The notes beneath the pieces were generated by a model that ran no database searches, was not told the origin of the DNA, and worked only from the letters and a program-made list of their open reading frames with translations. Positions 60,039-64,000 of a stretch of DNA of 64,000 bases are shown one piece after another. The DNA is from Chloroflexota bacterium. GTDB lineage: Bacteria > Chloroflexota > UBA11872 > VXOZ01. The translations under genes and the position numbers were made by a program. Each line of letters starts with the position of its first letter. Within the stretch, counting starts at the first letter, position 1. The stretch spans positions 2,368,001 through 2,432,000 of the forward strand of contig OZ219802.1 in assembly GCA_964291655.2 (NCBI GenBank), given 5' to 3'.

Positions 60039-61127
60039 CTACAATGCCGGCGGCGTGCGTGGTCGCACCGCTCGTCTCTCCGCAATCGACTCATACGCCG
60101 CCTCCACGAGGCAGAGCGTACGCAGATTGTCAGCACCGCTGTTCATGGGCTCGCGGTCTTCCTGGATTGCCGCAAAGAGCTCAGCCATCGGTCCCACCAA
60201 GGCATCCGGAATCCACTTGCCCTGGAGCTCCGGTGTTATCCAATCCTCCCCGTACGATTGGCTCCGATACGTGAGCGTATCCTCGCGGCCGTAGGGGAAA
60301 TTATAGAAGACGCCTAGATCGCCCTTGGCCACACCCTCCGTGCCCTCAAAACGGTATGTAGCGTGTGTGTCGTCGTCCCAGATGCCGGCGTGGTTGAGCA
60401 GCAGACCATGTGCGCCACCGGGCCAGGCCAGTGTGATGATGGCCGAGGTCTCGCCTTTGATGCGCTCATCGCCGGCGTGAAAGCCGTCGGCAAAGAGCCA
60501 CTCCGGCTCGCCCAGAATGAAGCGCACGATGTCGAGGAAGTGAATGGCGTCCTCGACGATGAGTACGCGCGGACGGCCCCACAGCCACGGCCACAGCTCC
60601 CAACGCAGCGGACCCACACGGTCGATTTGCACATACGTGAGGTCGCCCAGGTCGCCGCGCTGCTGCAAAGCGTAGACCGACCGGAACGCCTGGTCCCAGC
60701 GCCCGTTCTGGTTCACCGCCAAGCGCACGCCAGCGTTGGCAGCGTCCCGGACCATCGATTCCGCTTTGGCAATGTCATAGGTCAGCGGCTTCTGACAGAG
60801 CACGTGCTTACCGGCGGCGATGGCTGCGTCCACAAGCGGCGGGTGCGTGATCGTGGGCGTCGCGATGTCCACCACCGCTACCTCAGGCGATTCCAAGAGT
60901 GCTTCCAGCGAGGCAAACGCCGCGATCTCAAAGTCCGCGGCCAGTGATGCCGCCTTGGCCGAATCCTCATCATAGACCCCCAAGACGTGGAAGCCTGCGC
61001 TGCGGTAGGCCGGCAGGTGTCCCGCCTGCGCGATGCTGCCCGCGCCCACTACACCGATTCCGTAGTCGTGCTTGGCAGGGAGGTGCGGCAGGTAGTCAAG
61101 GGGCTCCGGCGAAGTTGGCATCGTCAT
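60039..61127 (-). CDS. Gfo/Idh/MocA family oxidoreductase
   Basis: GVVGAG, GKHVLCQKP, IHFLD. Confidence 0.92.
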   Translation of the reverse strand: MTMPTSPEPLDYLPHLPAKHDYGIGVVGAGSIAQAGHLPAYRSAGFHVLGVYDEDSAKAASLAADFEIAAFASLEALLESPEVAVVDIATPTITHPPLVDAAIAAGKHVLCQKPLTYDIAKAESMVRDAANAGVRLAVNQNGRWDQAFRSVYALQQRGDLGDLTYVQIDRVGPLRWELWPWLWGRPRVLIVEDAIHFLDIVRFILGEPEWLFADGFHAGDERIKGETSAIITLAWPGGAHGLLLNHAGIWDDDTHATYRFEGTEGVAKGDLGVFYNFPYGREDTLTYRSQSYGEDWITPELQGKWIPDALVGPMAELFAAIQEDREPMNSGADNLRTLCLVEAAYESIAERRAVRPRTPPAL

Positions 61128-61142
61128 GTCCTTTAGTAAGCA

Positions 61143-61988
61143 TCATGGCATGGGCGTTACGCTGTGGACGTATCCACCGTCCACGCAGAGTATCTGTCCG
61201 GTTATGTAGTCTGCCTCGGGTGAAGCAAGATAAACGACGGCATTGGCGATATCTTCTGCCCTACCCATCCGGGCGCGGGGGGCGCGGCGAATCCACGCGT
61301 CCCTACCTTGCGGCGACGCCTGCCAGCCCGGCGTTGAGACCGCGCCTGCGGCAATGCAATTGACCGTAATCCCCTGCGGGCCGAATTCGACCGCCAGCGC
61401 CTGCGTCAATGTGTTGAGCGCGCCTTTCGCCACGGTATAGGCGGTCGTTCGGCGCTGGAACACGAGGCTATGGGATGAGCTTATATTGATGATGCGGCCT
61501 CCTGCTGGCTGCATCCGGTCTTCCGACTGCTGAATCTCGCTTCGCGGCTGCTGCATTTCGCTATGCGCCTGCTGCGCGAGCATCATCTGCAACGCTGCCT
61601 GTGTGCAGTGTACGACGCCATCCAGATTCACTGCAAAGACTCGTTGCCAGGCGTTGATTGGATAGTCGGCGAAGGACCCCTCGTGACTGATGCCGATGGC
61701 GGCGTTGTTGACCAGAATGTCGAGTCTTCCGAACTGCGCCTCTAACTCACGGAACATGTGCGCAACTGCTGACCGGTCGCTCACGTCGGCGTGGAGCGGG
61801 ATTGCTTTCCGCCCAGCCGCCGCGACTGCCGCGCAAGTGGCATCTGCTCCTGACGGGTCCGTGTGGTAGTTGACCCCAACGTCTGCTCCGGCGGTTGCCA
61901 GCGCGATTGCGATTGCCTGACCGATGCCCTTGGAACCGCCGGTTACTAAGGCAACGGTACCGTCCAGCGCCATGATGCCCCCGCTCAT
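61143..61988 (-). CDS. Short-chain dehydrogenase/reductase
   Basis: TGGSKGIG, NNAA, YTVAK, VDGG. Confidence 0.93.
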   Translation of the reverse strand: MSGGIMALDGTVALVTGGSKGIGQAIAIALATAGADVGVNYHTDPSGADATCAAVAAAGRKAIPLHADVSDRSAVAHMFRELEAQFGRLDILVNNAAIGISHEGSFADYPINAWQRVFAVNLDGVVHCTQAALQMMLAQQAHSEMQQPRSEIQQSEDRMQPAGGRIINISSSHSLVFQRRTTAYTVAKGALNTLTQALAVEFGPQGITVNCIAAGAVSTPGWQASPQGRDAWIRRAPRARMGRAEDIANAVVYLASPEADYITGQILCVDGGYVHSVTPMP

Positions 61989-62033
61989 TCTCTACGCGTA
62001 GCCAAATGTGTGTGACGAGTCCTCAGCCAACCG

Positions 62034-62258
62034 CCGTTCATGGTTCGATCCTTCGGCGAGGCTCAGGACAGACAGGCTCACCAGGAACGGAAGAAAGAAA
62101 AATCACTCGAAGGAGTCAGTATCCGTTCATCCTTCGACAGGCTCAGGACGAACGGACACTGAACTTTTTCCAAATTTCTTCTTCGCCTCTTTACATATCC
62201 ATTCTTTGGATATTCGGCATCTTCTATGGTCAGACGCAGGTTACAAACCTGCGCTACC
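62034..62258. repeat. REP cluster
   Basis: CCGTTCATCCTTCGACAGGCTCAGGACGAACGG (identical to 11871) and GCAGGTTACAAACCTGCGCTAC. Confidence 0.78.
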
Positions 62259-62367
62259 GGAAGAAGCCTCTCTGCACCTGAGCGTGCAACACGTGTAGCC
62301 CAGCGCCACGCTACCCCTAGATGCTTCTCCGCGCTGCCCTGCTTGCCAATGACACTCTCTGCGTACT

Positions 62368-63603
62368 CTATAGCCAGTGGGTTACCGGCCAGAGCGTGGC
62401 AGACCGCGTGAACGTAGCGTCGAGCAAGGCATCCGTCTCCGCTATGGGATCGTGGCCGTAGCGCCGCAGGAACTCCGCTTCTACTTGCATTTCAACCGAT
62501 GTTGGGGCGGTTAGGGGCAAATCGACCCACGTGTTGCCGCGGTCCGCGCTCTCCCGCACCGCCAGGCAGAGTTCGTAGTCGCGCACTCCGCCTTCGACGC
62601 CGTACTGAGGCTGTGTGCCTTCTGTGATGGCGCGGTGGAAGCTGGTGAGGATGTCTGCTTTTGACGCGTCATCTTGCGTGCCGATGCCGTAGCGCGCGTA
62701 GGGATTGCGCCAAACCACCGGTGGGTCAGTGGCTACGGAGAGGGACTCGAGCACTTTCGCGCCGGAGTGTTCCGTATGATGCTCCTGAATGGGAAGAGAT
62801 AGCGACGGACCCTCCGTGTATTGCACGAATTCTTCGCGGCTCAGGTAGCCCTTGGTACCCTCGATTTCCCAGCCGATGGGGAAGGTGCGGTGTGACGACG
62901 GAAAGACGCGCGGCGGCTTCTCGAAGAGACACGCGACGCCGTTGGCGAACTCGACAACGCCCGAATCCCATTTTAGGGAGCGCTCCGGCTCGCCGCCGTA
63001 GGCCGTGTACGGTTCGGTCGGCACTTCGCCGCAATAACCGAGCACGCGGGCGGCCGGGGCGTCGATCAAAGCGCGAATGCCGCTGAAGCCGTGGTACTGC
63101 CCCGTCTGGTACCAGAGCCGGGCGTGGGTGACCTCACCCAGCAGTCCGGTGTCGATGATCCGGCGCTTTAGCTGCTCTCTGGGCCAGAGCCACACCTGTT
63201 CCGCCACTTCCCAGAGCACGCCGTTTTCCCGGCAGGTTGCGGCGATGGCGGCGGCGTGGCGGCGCGTCAGCGCCACCGGAATCTCAGTGATGATGTGGCA
63301 GCCGTGGCGGGCAGCGGTGAGCGCCATGACGATGTGGGAGTCTTTGGGCGTCAGGCTGAGCACCACGTCCGGCTGCTCGCGCGCAAAGAGCGCGCGCACG
63401 TCGGCATACTGTCCCGGCACGCCGTAACGGTCGCCCACCTCCGCCAGAACATCAGGGCTACGGTCGCAGATGGCGGCCAATTCGTAATGGTCCGTGAGCC
63501 GCGCAATCGTTGCTAAGAAGTGCCGCGCCCGCGAGCCGGGGTCCGCGCCGACGCCCAATACGGCAATGCGGAGTTTGGTCGAGATCTCCTGTGTTACTGG
63601 CAT
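62368..63603 (-). CDS. Gfo/Idh/MocA family oxidoreductase
   Basis: IAVLGVG Rossmann start, HIITEIP. Confidence 0.82.
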   Translation of the reverse strand: MPVTQEISTKLRIAVLGVGADPGSRARHFLATIARLTDHYELAAICDRSPDVLAEVGDRYGVPGQYADVRALFAREQPDVVLSLTPKDSHIVMALTAARHGCHIITEIPVALTRRHAAAIAATCRENGVLWEVAEQVWLWPREQLKRRIIDTGLLGEVTHARLWYQTGQYHGFSGIRALIDAPAARVLGYCGEVPTEPYTAYGGEPERSLKWDSGVVEFANGVACLFEKPPRVFPSSHRTFPIGWEIEGTKGYLSREEFVQYTEGPSLSLPIQEHHTEHSGAKVLESLSVATDPPVVWRNPYARYGIGTQDDASKADILTSFHRAITEGTQPQYGVEGGVRDYELCLAVRESADRGNTWVDLPLTAPTSVEMQVEAEFLRRYGHDPIAETDALLDATFTRSATLWPVTHWL

Positions 63604-63605
63604 CC

Positions 63606-63998
63606 TTATGCACCGCCCGTCTCAGCCAAGAAGGCCGCATAATGCTCCAGCGGCTGTGAGAGGTCTTCATCAAGATTCGTGACCACCAGCCGCGCCCGTG
63701 CCGTGCGCGCGACGCCCGGCTCCAGCGTGCCGCCAAAGAGCGAAAGGTAGAGCGGGTTGTGCTTGTGAAAACGGTCCCGGGCGTCGGGGCTATCGTAGCC
63801 ACTGGAGACCGCAAAGCAGTCTTCAGGGCGCGACATGAGCACGGCCGCTACCTGCTGCCCGCGGTCGGCCTGGAAGCACACCGGCAGCTTGTAGCGCCGT
63901 ACCGGCGAGAAGCGGGCAATGTCCCGCCAGCGGCCGTCCACGCTGATGCCGACGGCGTCTTCATCGCGGGGATAGACCAGCACCCCGCCGCGAAAGAT
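63606..63998 (-). CDS. Hypothetical protein, C-terminal part truncated by the window edge
   Basis: Frame open to the window end; stop 2 bp upstream of the next start. Confidence 0.6.
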   Translation of the reverse strand: MFRGGVLVYPRDEDAVGISVDGRWRDIARFSPVRRYKLPVCFQADRGQQVAAVLMSRPEDCFAVSSGYDSPDARDRFHKHNPLYLSLFGGTLEPGVARTARARLVVTNLDEDLSQPLEHYAAFLAETGGA

Positions 63999-64000
63999 CG

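Overview
GC-rich bacterial chromosomal window, most consistent with a Chloroflexota genome (inference from the ccm operon layout, the short EF-Ts and the many Gfo/Idh/MocA, enolase, creatininase and PhyH-type genes). Housekeeping genes: ftsH, a heterodimeric ABC exporter, mutM, a System I cytochrome c maturation cluster (ccmE-F-H-I-like-X-A-B-C-D), kamA, rqcH, lhgO and rpsB-tsf-pyrH-frr-uppS-cdsA, plus many catabolic oxidoreductases and hydrolases. I saw no tRNA, rRNA or CRISPR array. The main signal is non-coding: a layered set of mobile DNA built on REP-like hairpins. Two different IS481-family elements and two copies of a 288-bp MITE sharing their ends all sit inside the same CCCTCTCCC..GGGAGAGGG hairpin family with 5-bp target duplications. 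Most of those hairpins are cargo of a second MITE family (GGAGACC..GGTCTCC ends) that inserts into the loop of the same hairpin. An empty copy of the doubly hit carrier is present in the window. The 288-bp MITE also hides a short ORF whose four internal inter-copy differences are all synonymous.
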